This document shows, in pieces, positions 49,573 to 62,971 of a stretch of DNA of 64,000 nt. The notes under the pieces were generated by a model. It worked only from the letters and a program-made list of their open reading frames with translations, was not told the origin of the DNA and ran no database searches. This DNA comes from Mytilus edulis. Lineage: Eukaryota. The position numbers and the translations under genes are program-made. Position 1 is the stretch's first letter. Each line of letters begins with the position of its first letter. The DNA is taken from positions 51,212,001 to 51,276,000 of the forward strand of contig NC_092346.1 of the NCBI RefSeq assembly GCF_963676685.1. The letters run 5' to 3'.

Positions 49573-52500
49573 GACATCAAGTGGTTTATACTAATTATAC
49601 ATATCTACATCAATTGATATGTTATATTCAAACAAACCTCTAATCTACTTGTTGCACAAAGGAAAGGAACAATCAATGTTTTTGCGACCTTTTAAAATCC
49701 GTGAAGGGTCGGTTTTTACCGGTCTGATTTGATCATACAAAAGTAAATATTCTCGCTATGAACTTGCACCATATAAGTGCTATAACAAATGTTCTCTTTT
49801 TCTTTCTTTAAGGTAATGAATGTGTATAACCAAAATCACTATCCTTTAGTAATATACAATTGATTTATTGGTTGATTGTTGGTGTTTTAACGCCACTTTT
49901 AAGCGCCACACTTGGGCTATATCGTGGCGACCAGTTTTTATTGTTGGAAGAAGCCGGAGTGCCTGGAGAAAACCACGGACCTGCAATAGGAAAACTGACA
50001 ACCCTAGTCAACTTAGATTGAAGTCGGGTGCACCCGCACGGGCGGGTTTTGAACTCCCAACCTCAGTGTTGACTAGCTAGTAATTACATAAGTGGAACTA
50101 CTTAGACCACTTACTATTAATATGAAAAAGGACGACGAAAATATCTCGTCTACGTGGGTATTCTTTATATTTCTATTTCCTATGATCAATTTAAAAATGG
50201 ATTCGTCGTCTGATCCAACAGTGCTTTTCTACAGAAGTTGGAACCGTACAAACAAACTCGTGTTATTCTTTATTTTTTTATTATTATTTGTTTTAACCTG
50301 GAAACTCTTACTAAGAGAAAGATCACTCGGATTCCAAAAACAAATTGATATTCCAACAAACAGTTGGGTTCCAACCTTTTCTGTTGTACAGACCTATTAG
50401 CTGATTTGTGTACTCCTTTATGGCAGATTTCATACAAAAACTTCTATGAGAAAAAAGGAAAAAGGATCTTATAAAATTTCTTTCATGTCACTTTCAGATA
50501 TCTTGTCCACTCACTCAATACCTCCTCCACTTCCAGCGAGTGCTCGGTCAAATAACATATAAAAAGAATCAGATGAAGGATTTTCTCGAAAATTGGAGGT
50601 CTATACTACATTTTTTTTCTTTTCTCGATAGCCAGATGGACGACTAGAATACAAATGACAAAGTTGATGATTGGACAATCCAATCGTTAACTTTACATTC
50701 CTGTGCAGTAAAATACTCAAAGCACCCTCATATGTAGTTTATGATCTAATTGATACGCTTACTATCATGGATAGCGACATATTTTAGCGGGCTTAGACCT
50801 TAAAATACCGGAATATTGATATAATCTACCGTTTGTGACATTTTGCATGAGTATGGCATCGCATGGCGTATACAACAGCCATTGCACTCACGAGACGCTA
50901 ACTCTGTCGACGCAACCGATTTCGTTCCTTTCAATGTTCATACAATTGCAGCATTTTTTGTGTGTGTCTTTTTAGATATCTGGATTTGTCTATAAAATTG
51001 CTTAATGAGATTAGAACATCGGTGAACTTCTGTTGTAAATATGTAAATCATTCAAGTCCACAACTAAAGTTCGTTCAAGGAAGACAGTAAATGGATTAAT
51101 ATATTTATATTTGCAAAGTTCAGACAGCGGCATAACGTCCATGACTGTGAAGTTATCAACACATCAGTTTTGTCTTCTATTGACAAGCTGCGGTACACAT
51201 TCAGCATCACAGTGGCAGTAAATTTTGGAATTGAACTCCTACTTTTTTATTATGTGTTGCACGATGCCAAGAAAGAATAATCTAATAGTTTGTGAGCAAT
51301 CTTTAGATAGCTAACCAAATGATGGCATTTTATGTAAACACTTATCCCGGTATTGTGGTAGAGTATCTTTTACTTCTTTGACCTAGGCCGGCAGACGACC
51401 ATAAGCTTACCATGTCCAAGGCGGACTCAACCAACGGAATTTTTAATTTCTATTGATATTTATTTTCTTTCTGTCTATAATTTCAGGATGTTTATAGATA
51501 TAACATATTTTATTCATGAGTTTTGTCTGCTGAAGAGGGACAAATTAAAGAACAGTTTAGAATTGAATGTTGACAAAAAAAATCCTCAATATGTCTCCTG
51601 AAATGCCGTCGTTGATGTACAAAACTTGAAATAACCTTAGCTGTACTTGACAAAACGTTTTCTAATTTTAGATCCTAATCCTCTTCAACTTCGTACTTCA
51701 TTTGACTTCATGATGAATTACTGACATGATATGTCGCCTCACTGAAAATTAGAACATAAGATAATGCAAAAATAACAAGGTTTGTATTGTTCCAAAGTGC
51801 TTGGTATTGTTATTTTGAATTAAAGTGTGAATTGTTCTAAACAATACTAGTACCAAGCCATTTGAAACAATACATACCTTGTTTTTTTGTGTAATCTTTT
51901 GTTATAATTTTATATATCAAAAATATATTTATTTTTCGCTCCCCTCCTCAGAACCACTTTAGTCAAGGCGTTTTCTTTAGAGTAAAGTGTGAATTGTTCT
52001 GAAAAATGTCAAGCACTTTGGAACAATACAGACCTTGTTAATATAATAGCAGAATCTTATGTTATAATCTAATAAATCGAAAGTATATTTGTTTTCATAA
52101 GAGTAGGTACTTGGATGTAAAAACTGTCATCATTTTGCATTGTTTATTTATAAAGAAAGCAAAGAATATTTCTGATTTCATTTCTCTATTCTAAAAATGT
52201 AAAGTGATCTATAAAATCATTTAACGATTATATAAGTGTTATCTTTCTCATAACACCATATTGTACATTTTCATTTAATTAATTATTTTAGTAGAGAACT
52301 TTTTTTCTTGAAAACTGACGGCAACTGAAATTTCAGCTTTGCATTATTAAAAAGTAATCTATAAAATCATAAAACCATTATATAGAAAAAAAGTAAAATC
52401 ACAAAAATACTGAACTCCTTAAGTCCTAATTACATGGCAAAATCAAAAGCTAAAACACATCGAACAAATGGACAACCACTGTTATATTTTTGATTGGAAC

Positions 52501-53199
52501 AGCCATTTTCAATGTGGATTAAACCTGGCTTTATAGCTACATGTAACTACTCATCTCACTTGTATGACAGTTCCATAAAATTCCATTATATTGAGATCGA
52601 TCTGTGAAAAAACCAAACAGACATAATAGGTAAAAATGTCAAAACGTCACAAAAAGGGGTACATCAGTCACCATTGTGTCATTATCTTAATCACAATAAA
52701 ACAAACATATGTGTAAACAAACATTGACACAATAACACAATGACGGGATATGTAAGCACAGAGCCATGTGATATATACGAAAAAAACACAAAACGGCATT
52801 TAGACAAAGTATATTAGCAAAAATGAAATATATCAATACAAACACAGAAAACTAAAGACTAATCTTTGTGTAAATGATCACTACTTATCTTAAGGAGAGG
52901 CGAAATATACCAGAGGGACATTCAAACTCATAGATCGAAAACAAAACTGACAACGCCATGGCCAATAAAGAAAAAGATATGTATATATACAATCAAAAGT
53001 AAAAACGACACAACATTAAAAAAAACAAAGACCTAGCAGCACGAACCCCACCAAAAACTGGCGAGATCGCATGTGCTCCTGATGAGTGAGCAGATCCTGC
53101 TCCCCATGTGGCATCCGTCGTGTTGCTCATGTTATCAAAAACCCATAACATTGCAACTCAAAATGTACATTGCTTCCTATATTTTGAACTAATACTATT
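49573..53199 (+). repeat. Diverged segmental duplication, copy A (copy B = 59163-62971)
   Basis: Colinear, highly similar, with scattered SNPs and two large indels. Confidence 0.92.
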
Positions 53200-53847
53200 C
53201 GGTTATTCTAGTGGAAAGTTTTAATCTCGGCCGTTGCAGTGCTTTCCTTTATAAACTCATATGTAGTCGATAAGATGTATAGTGGTGACGTCAATTTGAC
53301 GTTAGCGTTCTTTTTAACTTTGAGCTGCAAGAGAACAGACGTGTATAATTACAGAGAGAAGTATTTTGAAAATATCAAGTAGATTACTATAGTGGATATT
53401 AAAGTTGGTATTTTATATATGTATAATATGCAAAGCGATATATGGATAATACAAAAAAAAATTGTTTTAAAAAAAATAATTGTAAAATAGTTAGAAATTG
53501 TTGAATTTCGAAACGGCGTGGCCGCCACGTGATGCCGAATATGAAATAAAAGAAAATTTATTTAATCACAATACGACTTAAATTAAAGAAATGATATTTT
53601 TGTTGTGACTTTATATTTGGTGAATAATTCACCCAGTGCGGAAGTAATTACTTCGTAGAATACGACATACTATCAATTCAACAAAAACGATACATACATC
53701 GTTTGAACGGCTACAGCTTTAAGATATATTGTCATTGATTAAAGACTTTTGGTTACACACACAAACAAAACGAATAAATTTGAAATAAGTAAATAAATAA
53801 ATTTAATAAAAATAAATGAATAAATAAATCTATTTGTGAGTTTCAGT

Positions 53848-55038
53848 ATGTTGAGAAGAGGTACCAGGAAGCGTACAGCATCGGCGAGAGCTGGAGTAAG
53901 AAGGACCCCGGTGGTGTCGAAGGGAGTTTCGTCACGGGCGTCAGTACAATCATCTATGACGGTTACAAGGCCTGAGGCTATCTATACATCTGGACATGAC
54001 GGCGCTGCCATACCAACAACTGCAACAGTATCAACGACAAGAATGTTGATGCCAACATTTTCTAGCAATCAGGACAACTCCGTCCACATTCCGGACATGA
54101 TACCATGGCAACCAAGACGAGCAATAGACCTCCAGTCAACTGTTGATAACACACAGTTTGTGTCACAAACAGGTAATGTGACCAATAATGATTATGTACA
54201 AATTCCCAATAGAATTGAAAGTGTTCATGAGAATCTAGGCATAAATGTAACACAGTCAATTAAAGAAAAAATATTGAAAGGGGAATTCATAGATTTAGCT
54301 TGTCTATTAAATAATTCAGTCAACACGGGTTCTGACAAACAAAAGTTGACATGGGCTCAAGGGGAATTCATTTTACAACCCATTTCTCAACAATCAAAAA
54401 TTACAAATATTGAATAGTGGACAGATGCTTTCATCATTTTTATTTATATTTATTGTGCTGTGCACGTAAACCGATTTAAGGAACTGTTAAAATACATGCA
54501 CATAATACGCCTTGGGGCTCAAAGAAACCAAGGTATGGGTTGGAAAAATTATGATGAGCAATATAGACTAAGAAAAGCTCATGAACCATCCAGTTTATGG
54601 AGTAATATAGACAATGAGCTTTGGTTGTTATATATGCAACAAGTGAATACTATCTCAAATGTGTCCTTAAATGTATCTAATAGTAATATTCAAGACAGTA
54701 GTGGTCATGGGAACAAATGCTATAGTTATAACTATGAGGGAAGCTGTTGGAAAATACCTTGCTTTTATAGCCATTTGTGTTTAAGGTGTAATGGTTCACA
54801 TCCAATTATAAACTGTCAAAGACAACTGGGAAATGTGAGACCACATGTTGGTAATACACAATATAACACGGGCTCTCAGTTTCAGTTTCGGGCACCCGGG
54901 GCTCAGTATAGAGCAGGGCCCCAGTTTCAATTTCGCCCAAGGATCGCCAAGTCAAGAGTGAGATTTTCCCCAAGAAATGCCACACAGTTCACACAAGCAA
55001 GATCTAGACCAAATATCAGAACTATGGCGACTTGGTAG
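53848..55038 (+). pseudogene. gag: gag-like ORF with one in-frame TAG (54415-54417)
   Basis: I+.GEF+D and NIE*WTDAFIIF..IY...LLKY motifs, W..YDEQYR, Cys/His finger CYSYN..C...C...HLCLRC..HPIINC. Confidence 0.8.
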
Positions 55039-56635
55039 AACCCCTATTAAGATTGGTGTTTTGAAAAATATGCTGAGGGCATATCCGCATGCAGGTGTAG
55101 CAAAAGAATTATATGAAGGATTTTTATGTGGTTTTCGTTTGAAATATTCAGGTCCGAAAATTTCTTTTATTTCCAAAAATTTACAGTCGGCAAATTGTCA
55201 TAAAGTTGAAACGTTGGATAAGTTAGATCAGGAGGTAAAAGCGGGTAGGATGGCTGGTCCCTTTTTAGAAAAGCCGATTTCTACTCTTAGGACTTCTCCT
55301 ATCGGTCTAGTACCAAAAGAGAAAGGTTGGAGGTTAATATCTCATTTGTCATATCCGGAAGGTTCCGGGGTCAACGATTTTATTGATCGCGATGAATGTT
55401 CCGTTCAATATGCATCTTTTGATGAAGTTATACAAATGGTCAGCTCACTCGGAAAGTCTGCATTGATTGGGGTACGCGACATAAAGTCCGCTTTTCGTTT
55501 GCTGCCAGTGCACCCATCAGATTTTGAATTATTAGGGATTTATTTTGACGAAAAGTTCTTTGTAAATAAAAGTATGGCTATGGGATGTTCAATTTCATGT
55601 AAGTTTTCAACCTTTTTACACTGGTTAGTAGTTGAACGGAGTGGAGTGAAATCACTTGTGCATTATTTGGATGATTTTTTATTTGGAGGCCCTGAGGATA
55701 CACCTGTATGTAAAATGATGCTAGACACTTTTTCAGATATTTGTGAGGAACTAGGTGTTCCGATTGCTTCGGAAAAATCAGTTGGACCTGTAACATCTTT
55801 GAAATTTTTAGGATTGGTCATTGACACTGTTGAAATGGTTGTCAGAATACCACAAGACAAATTGTTAAAGCTAAAGTCCTTACTTGAACCGATTTTGTTG
55901 AATAAAAAGATTACACACAAGGACTTAGAATCAGTAGTGGGTTTGATGGCTTTCTGTTCAAGGGCGATTACTTCGTCTAGGGCTTTCCTTCGCAGGTTTT
56001 ATGATGTCATAGGGTCTATAAAAAATAAAAAGCCTTTTTATTCAATTATAATAAATAATGATCTCAGAGAAGATGCAAAAATTTGGCTGATTTTTCTGGA
56101 ACATTTTAACGGAGATTGTTATCTATCAGAAAACACGTGGATAACAAATGAAACGTTGCATTTGTACACTGACAGCTGTGGTAACTCTGATTTAGGTTGC
56201 GGTGCATATTTTGATGGTAAATGGGCACAATATAAATGGCCGGAAGCATGGTCAAATATGCCAATCATGAGGGACATTACTTTTTTAGAGTTAGTTCCAA
56301 TTGTTTTAGCTATGTTTATATGGGCATCAAATTTCCAAAATCGAAAGATTTTATTTCGAATTGACAATATGGCATTAGTTAGCATTATCAATAAAAGAAC
56401 TGCCAAGTCGAAGCGTGTGATGGCATTTATTCGTCCCCTTGTTCTTTTTACAATGCAGCACAATATTCAGTTTAAAGCACAACATATTGATGGTTGTAAA
56501 AATGAAATTGCAGACTCGATTTCTCGTTTTCAGTTGAAGAGATTCCGGGAACTAGAACCCGGGGCCGAGTCGGTTCCAGAAAACAACCCAGAAGAGTTCA
56601 GAGATTTGATATTGAGTCTGAAACAAACAGAATAA
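54977..56635 (+). CDS. pol: RT + RNase H of the YR retrotransposon
   Basis: SPIGLVPK, WRLISHLS, DIKSAF, YLDDF, FLGL; RNase H TDS...ELVPI...DN...ADSISR; overlaps gag in another frame. Confidence 0.92.
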   Translation: MPHSSHKQDLDQISELWRLGRTPIKIGVLKNMLRAYPHAGVAKELYEGFLCGFRLKYSGPKISFISKNLQSANCHKVETLDKLDQEVKAGRMAGPFLEKPISTLRTSPIGLVPKEKGWRLISHLSYPEGSGVNDFIDRDECSVQYASFDEVIQMVSSLGKSALIGVRDIKSAFRLLPVHPSDFELLGIYFDEKFFVNKSMAMGCSISCKFSTFLHWLVVERSGVKSLVHYLDDFLFGGPEDTPVCKMMLDTFSDICEELGVPIASEKSVGPVTSLKFLGLVIDTVEMVVRIPQDKLLKLKSLLEPILLNKKITHKDLESVVGLMAFCSRAITSSRAFLRRFYDVIGSIKNKKPFYSIIINNDLREDAKIWLIFLEHFNGDCYLSENTWITNETLHLYTDSCGNSDLGCGAYFDGKWAQYKWPEAWSNMPIMRDITFLELVPIVLAMFIWASNFQNRKILFRIDNMALVSIINKRTAKSKRVMAFIRPLVLFTMQHNIQFKAQHIDGCKNEIADSISRFQLKRFRELEPGAESVPENNPEEFRDLILSLKQTE

Positions 56636-57516
56636 TTAATTGTTCGCTTGCTCCTAATACAATTCAAGCTTATCAACGAGCCTTAAATGCTTTGGCTAAA
56701 TTTAGGGATAGTTTTGATTTAGATCATAGTTTTCCAATACCATTGAACCACATTACTCAGTTCATTGCATACATGTCTTGCTTGGACATGGCTCCATCTA
56801 CGGTGAAATGTTATATCTCAGCTATCAGTTTTTATAATAAGATTAATAATTACGAAGATATGTCTCAATTATTTGTTGTAAGGAAAATGATTGATGGGAT
56901 GGCAAGGTCAAAGTTAAAGAGACCTGACAGTAGATTACCTATTACTTTAGATCTGTTAAAAAATATTATAAAGATTTTGCCCGCATTTTGTAGCTCCAGA
57001 TATGAAGCTGTCTTATTTTCTAGTGCTTTTTCAATGGGATTTTTTGCATTTCTGCGAGTTGGTGAAATGACAACTGCATGTGGCAGGGAAGGGTCTAATC
57101 ATGCCATTAAAATTGAAAATGTGGAGGTTACTAATCATAATATAAAAATATACTTGGCGTCTTCAAAAACAGACCAGCTAGGTCGAGGGATTTCAATTTT
57201 TGTGGCCCGACAATCAAATGTTGGAATTTGTCCGGTAAAATTACTGCAAGAATATTTAAAGATTCGACCTCGAATTAGTGGTCAATTATATTGCCACTTT
57301 GATGACTCTCCGATGACTCGATATCAGTTTTCAGGAATTCTAAAACAAGCCCTGGGGTATATTGGTTTTGATCAATCAAAGTATGGGACGCACTCATTTA
57401 GAATCGGTAGTGCTACTTCAGCAACTATGCTTGGTTTTTCTGACGAGCAAATTAAAGTAATGGGTCGTTGGAGTTCTGATACTTTCAAAAGTTATATACG
57501 AATACCACAATTTTGA
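56534..57516 (+). CDS. Tyrosine recombinase; frame open from 56506 with no N-terminal ATG, start uncertain
   Basis: SLAPNTIQAY N-terminus; catalytic motifs FLRVGE, SKTDQ, HSFRIG, GRW, SYIR. Confidence 0.9.
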
Positions 57517-57586
57517 ATAAATTTCGTTGAATTTGATGGTCAATTTAGAATATTTCATGTCAATACATACATGTATTAAATTGTAG

Positions 57587-58209
57587 GCCAAGAAGTGTCA
57601 GTATGGATAGTAGGCTCATCTTTGATAAGAAATGCATTTGTACATGCAAGAAGTAAAACAGGTGGTGTTAATTTAGGTCTCCATAGAATAGGAGTTTAAA
57701 TTTGGTGGCAAGGGTATGGTGGCATGGGTATAAAAGATTTGGAATCAACAATAAAAAGACTGATGAAATATGAAAAAGCGCCGAAATATCTTTTCCTTCA
57801 TATTGCTGGAAATGATTTGGGGAAGACAAAACTAGGGTTTTTAAGGAATGAAATCAAGACCACCTTGGAGAAGGTACAAAGTTATCTACCCAATAGTTCG
57901 ATTGTCTGGTCTCAAATTTTACCGAGAACAAATTGGCGTCATTCAATAAGTCAGGATAGCATGATGGCATGCAGAATTAGGATAAATAGTGCCATTGCAT
58001 CATTCGTGTTAAAGAATTGGGGACATTATATAAAGTATCCAGATATTCTTCCTAATAGTACTTTTTAAAGGAATTAAGATGGTGTTCATTTGACAGACCT
58101 CGGTAATGATATATTTCTGAATAATTTGCAAGGTGCGCTTGAAATGTTTATTTGTTCTGGTTCTTATACATATCCAGATACATTTGGTACTAGTATGTGT
58201 ATATCTTAA
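57587..58209 (+). pseudogene. SGNH/GDSL hydrolase ORF with in-frame stops (57697, 58066, 58075)
   Basis: Block I WIVGSSL, block II WQGYGG, block III IAGNDL and block V DGVHL all in one frame. Confidence 0.85.
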
Positions 58210-59162
58210 GTAATTTTAAAACAGTATTGGCCACAGTCCTATCGCAGCTTCATCCCCACTTTAGTGGCGGTTGATCCGGTACGGTTGAGTTTGACATATA
58301 CCGTACCTAATCAATTTGGCAACTTCGCTGCGTGTGATAAACTACAGTTACAGTTGTCTATATTTTAGTGATATTAAAAGTACATTTTGTGGATCGCTGT
58401 ATCCCAGGATCCAACAGCTAAGTTAGTTGATCGCTGTATCCCAGGATCATACATCTATCTATCTATATATATCTATCTGTAGGTTGCCAGAGGTAACCAA
58501 AAAATGATCTATACATCTATGAATCTAGTTATCTATGAATCTATCTAGTTGAACAATATATATCGTTGAATCTATATATGTACATATTTAAATTTGTGTT
58601 TAATAATAAAAAGCTGTGGTCAATACTGCCAATAAATCTTAGTTTTACAAGCCATCTCGAATAAGCTATTTTTTGTAATGTTTGTATGTAGTAAAGAAAT
58701 TATATTGGTCACAAAACCTACAACGGGAATTTCTCGCTACATTGAAGACCTGTTGGTGACCCTCTGCTGTTGTTTTTTATTTGGTCGGGATGTTGTCTCT
58801 TTGACACATTCCCCATTTCCATTCTCAATTTTAAATTTTAAAATTTAATTATAATAAAAGCATGACATGTTGCAAAAAATACTTTAAACGTCAATCGTTT
58901 AGCCGATTGATTTGGCGGACTTTTTGACGTTACGGACGACTGTAGCGCCACCTAATTAATTCCCCCTGCTATTGTTGCTGATAAAGCTTGACGACCACGG
59001 ACGTTACCAAGGACTTGCTTTCCAACTGTTTATGATCGTAAGATGAATAGATACGTAGCAATAACTGTAACGTTACGTTACATTAACAATAGTGTGCGCG
59101 AAAGTACGGGAAACAATTACATAAGATAACGTGCTAAAGTCTCTTGGCCTATATTCACGACA

Positions 59163-62100
59163 GACATCAAGTGGTTTATACTAATTATACATATCTACAT
59201 CAATTGATATGTTATATTCAAACAAACCTCTAATCTACTTGTTGCACAAAGGAAAGGAACAATCAATGTTTTTGCGACCTTTTAAAATCCGTGAAGGGTC
59301 GGTTTTTACCGGTCTGAATTTGATCATACAAAAGTAAATATTCTCGCTATGAACTTGCACCATATAAGTGCTATAAAAAATGTTCTCTTTTTCTTTCTTT
59401 AAGGTAATGAATGTGTATAACCAAAATCACTATCCTTTAGTAATATACAATTGATTTATTGGTTGATTGTTGGTGTTTTAACGCCACTTTTAAGCGCCAC
59501 ACTTGGGCTATATCGTGGCGGCCAGTTTTTATTGTTGGAAGAAGCCGGAGTGCCTGGAGAAAACCACGGACCTGCAATAGGAAAACTGACAACCATAGTC
59601 AACTTAGATTGAAGTCGGGTGCACCCGCACGGGCGGGTTTTGAACTCCCAACCTCAGTGTTGACTAGCTAGTAATTACATAAGTGGAACTACTTAGACCA
59701 CTTACTATTAATATGAAAAAGGACGACGAAAATATCTCGTCTACGTGGGTATTCTTTATATTTCTATTTCCTATGATCAATTTAAAAATGGATTCGTCGT
59801 CTGATCCAACAGTGCTTTTCTACAGAAATTGGAACCGTACAAACAAACTCGTGTTATTCTTTATTTTTTTATTATTATTTGTTTTAACCTGGAAACTCTT
59901 ACTAAGAGAAAGATCACTCGGATTCCAAAAACAAATTGATATTCCAACAAACAGTTGGGTTCCAACCTTTTCTGTTGTACAGACCTATTAGCTGATTTGT
60001 GTACTCCTTTATGGCAGATTTCATACAAAAACTTCTATGAGAAAAAAGGAAAAAGGATCTTATAAAATTTCTTTCATGTCACTTTCATATATCTTGTCCA
60101 CTCACTCAATACCTCCTCCACTTCCAGCGAGTGCTCGGTCAAATAACATATAAAAGAATCAGATGAAGGATTTTCTCGAAAATTGGAGGTCTCTACTTCA
60201 TTTTTTTTTCTTTTCTCGATAGAGACTCAGATGGACGACTAGAATACAAATGACAAAGTTGATGATTGGACATATAGCGACATATTTTAGCGGGCTTAGA
60301 CCTTAAAATACCGGAATATTGATATAATCTACCGTTTGTGACATTTTGCATGAGTATGGCATCGCATGGCGTATACAACAGCCATTGCACTCACGAGACG
60401 CTAACTCTGTCGACGCAACCGATCTCGTTCCTTTCAATGTTCATACAATTGCAGCATTTTTTGTGTGTGTCTTTTTAGATATCTGGATTTGTCTATAAAA
60501 TTGCTTAATGAGATTAGAACATCGGTGAACTTCTGTTGTAAATATGTAAATCATTCAAGTCCACAATTAAAGTTCGTTCAAGGAAGACAGTAAATGGATT
60601 AATATATTTATATTTGCAAAGTTCAGACAGCGGCATAACGTCCATGACTGTGAAGTTATCAAAACATCAGTTTTGTCTTCTATTGACAAGCTGCGGTACA
60701 CATTCAGCATCACAGTGGCAGTAAATTTTGGAATTGAACTCCTACTTTTTTATTATGTGTTGCACGATGCCAAGAAAGAATAATCTAATAGTTTGTGAGC
60801 AATCTTTAGATAGCTAACCAAATGATGGCATTTTATGTAAACACTTATCCCGGTATTGTGGTAGAGTATCTTTTACTTCTTTGACCTAGGCCGGCAGACG
60901 ACCATAAGCTTACCATGACCAAGGCGGACTCAACCAACGGAATTTTTAATTTCTATTGATATTTATTTTCTTTCTGTCTATAATTTCAGGATGTTTATAG
61001 ATATAACATATTTTATTCATGAGTTTTGTCTGCTGAAGAGGGACAAATTAAAGAACAGTTTAGAATTGAATGTTGACAAAAAAAATCCTCAATATGTCTC
61101 CTGAAATGCCGTCGTTGATGTACAAAACTTGAAATAACCTTAGCTGTACTTGACAAAACGTTTTCTAATTTTAGATCCTAATCCTCTTCAACTTCGTACT
61201 TCATTTGACTTCATGATGAATTACTGACATGATATGTCGCCTCACTGAAAATTAGAACATAAGATTATGCAAAAATAACAAGGTTTGTATTGTTCCAAAG
61301 TGCTTGGTATTGTTATTTTGAATTAAAGTGTGAATTGTTCTAAACAATACTAGTACCAAGCCATTTGAAACAATACAGACCTTGTTATTTTGTGTAATCT
61401 TTTGTTATAATTTTATGTATCAAAAATATATTTATTTTTTGCTCCCCTCCTCAGAACCACTTTAGTCAAGGCTTTTTCTTTAGAGTAAAGTGTGAATTGT
61501 TCTGTAAAATGTCAAGCACTTTGGAACAATACAGACCTTGTTAATATAATAGCAGAATCTTATGTTATAATCTAATAAATCGAAAGTATATTTGTTTTCA
61601 TAAGAGTAGGTACTTGGATGTAAAAACTGTCATCATTTTGCATTGTTTATTTATATAGAAAACAAAGAATATTTCTGATTTCATTTCTCTATTCTAAAAA
61701 TGTAAAGTGATCTATAAAATCATTTAACGATTATATAAGTGTTATCTTTCTCATAACACCATATTGTACATTTTCATTTAATTAATTATTTTAGTATAGA
61801 ACTTTTTTTCTTGAAAACTGACGGCAACTGAAATTTCAACTTTGCATTATTAAAAAGTAATCTATAAAATCATAAAACCATTATATAAAAAAAAAAGTAA
61901 AATCACAAAAATACTGAACTCCTTTTGTCCTAATTACATGGCAAAATCAAAAGCTAAAATACATCGAACAAATGGACAACCACTGTCATATTTTTGATTT
62001 GAACAGCCATTTTCAATGTGGATTAAACCTGATTTTATAGCTACATGTAACTACTCATCTCACTTGTATGACAATGACAGTTCCATAAAATTCCATTATA

Positions 62101-62971
62101 TTGAGATTGATCTGTGAAAAAAACAAACAGACATAATAGGTAAAAATGTCAAAACGTCACAAAAAGGGGTACATCAGTCACCATTGTGTCATTATCTTAA
62201 TCACAATAAAACAAACAAATGTGTAAACAAACATTGGCACAATAACACAATGACGGGATGTATAAGCACAGAGCCATGTGATATATACGAAATAAACACA
62301 AAACGGCATTTAGACAAAGTATATTAGCAAAAAGAAATATAGCAATACAAACATATACCATAGAGCAATAAATACAATGACATCATACGTAAAAGAAAAA
62401 CACAAAAAGGGATATAGGCAAAGCATTTTATGACTTTCAGACACTTTACAGTCAAAAGTCAAACAGCAGTTTTCTTATTCCGTGAAATTGTCCACATTAA
62501 CATTAAGATTACTTTGTAACCCGGATTTGTTTTCGCTTAATAGATTAAAGAGTATGGAACAGCGGAATACTGTTGTTACCTTTATTGATAGACAAACAAA
62601 CAGCAGTCTAAAAACGCAACATAGAAAACTAAAGACTAATCTTTTTGTAAATGACCACTACTTATATCAAGGAGGGGCGAAATATACCAGAGGGACATTC
62701 AAACTCATCGATCGAAAACAAACTGACAACGCCATGGCAAAAAAGAAAAAGATGTATATATACAAACAAAAGTAAAAACGACACAACATAAAAAACCAAA
62801 GACCTAGCAGCACGAACCCCACCAAAAACTGGGGGAGATCGCATGTGCTCCTCATGAGTGAGCAGATCCTGCTCTCCATGTGGCATTCGTCGTGTTGCTC
62901 ATGTTATCACAAACCCGGAACATTGCAACTCAAAATGTACATTGCTTCCTATATTTTGAACTAATACTATT
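59163..62971 (+). repeat. Diverged segmental duplication, copy B
   Basis: Matches 49573-53199; has an extra ~270 bp near 62350-62620 and lacks ~95 bp present near 50676-50770. Confidence 0.92.

Larger units (their letters stand above)
53200..58700 (+). mobile_element. Ngaro-type (DIRS order) tyrosine-recombinase retrotransposon; termini approximate
   Basis: gag - RT/RNase H - YR - SGNH hydrolase order; no methyltransferase domain after RNase H. Confidence 0.85.

Noticed and set aside
51775-51895. Imperfect ~120-bp palindrome (also ~61277-61390)
   Set aside because: Old MITE-like relic with no TSD or other evidence of function
49573-53199. Direct repeats as LTRs of the YR element
   Set aside because: Too long, made of unrelated host repeats, and YR elements do not have conventional LTRs
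54415-54417. Programmed TAG readthrough in gag
   Set aside because: It falls inside a conserved gag motif and the element has other lesions, so a simple nonsense mutation is more likely
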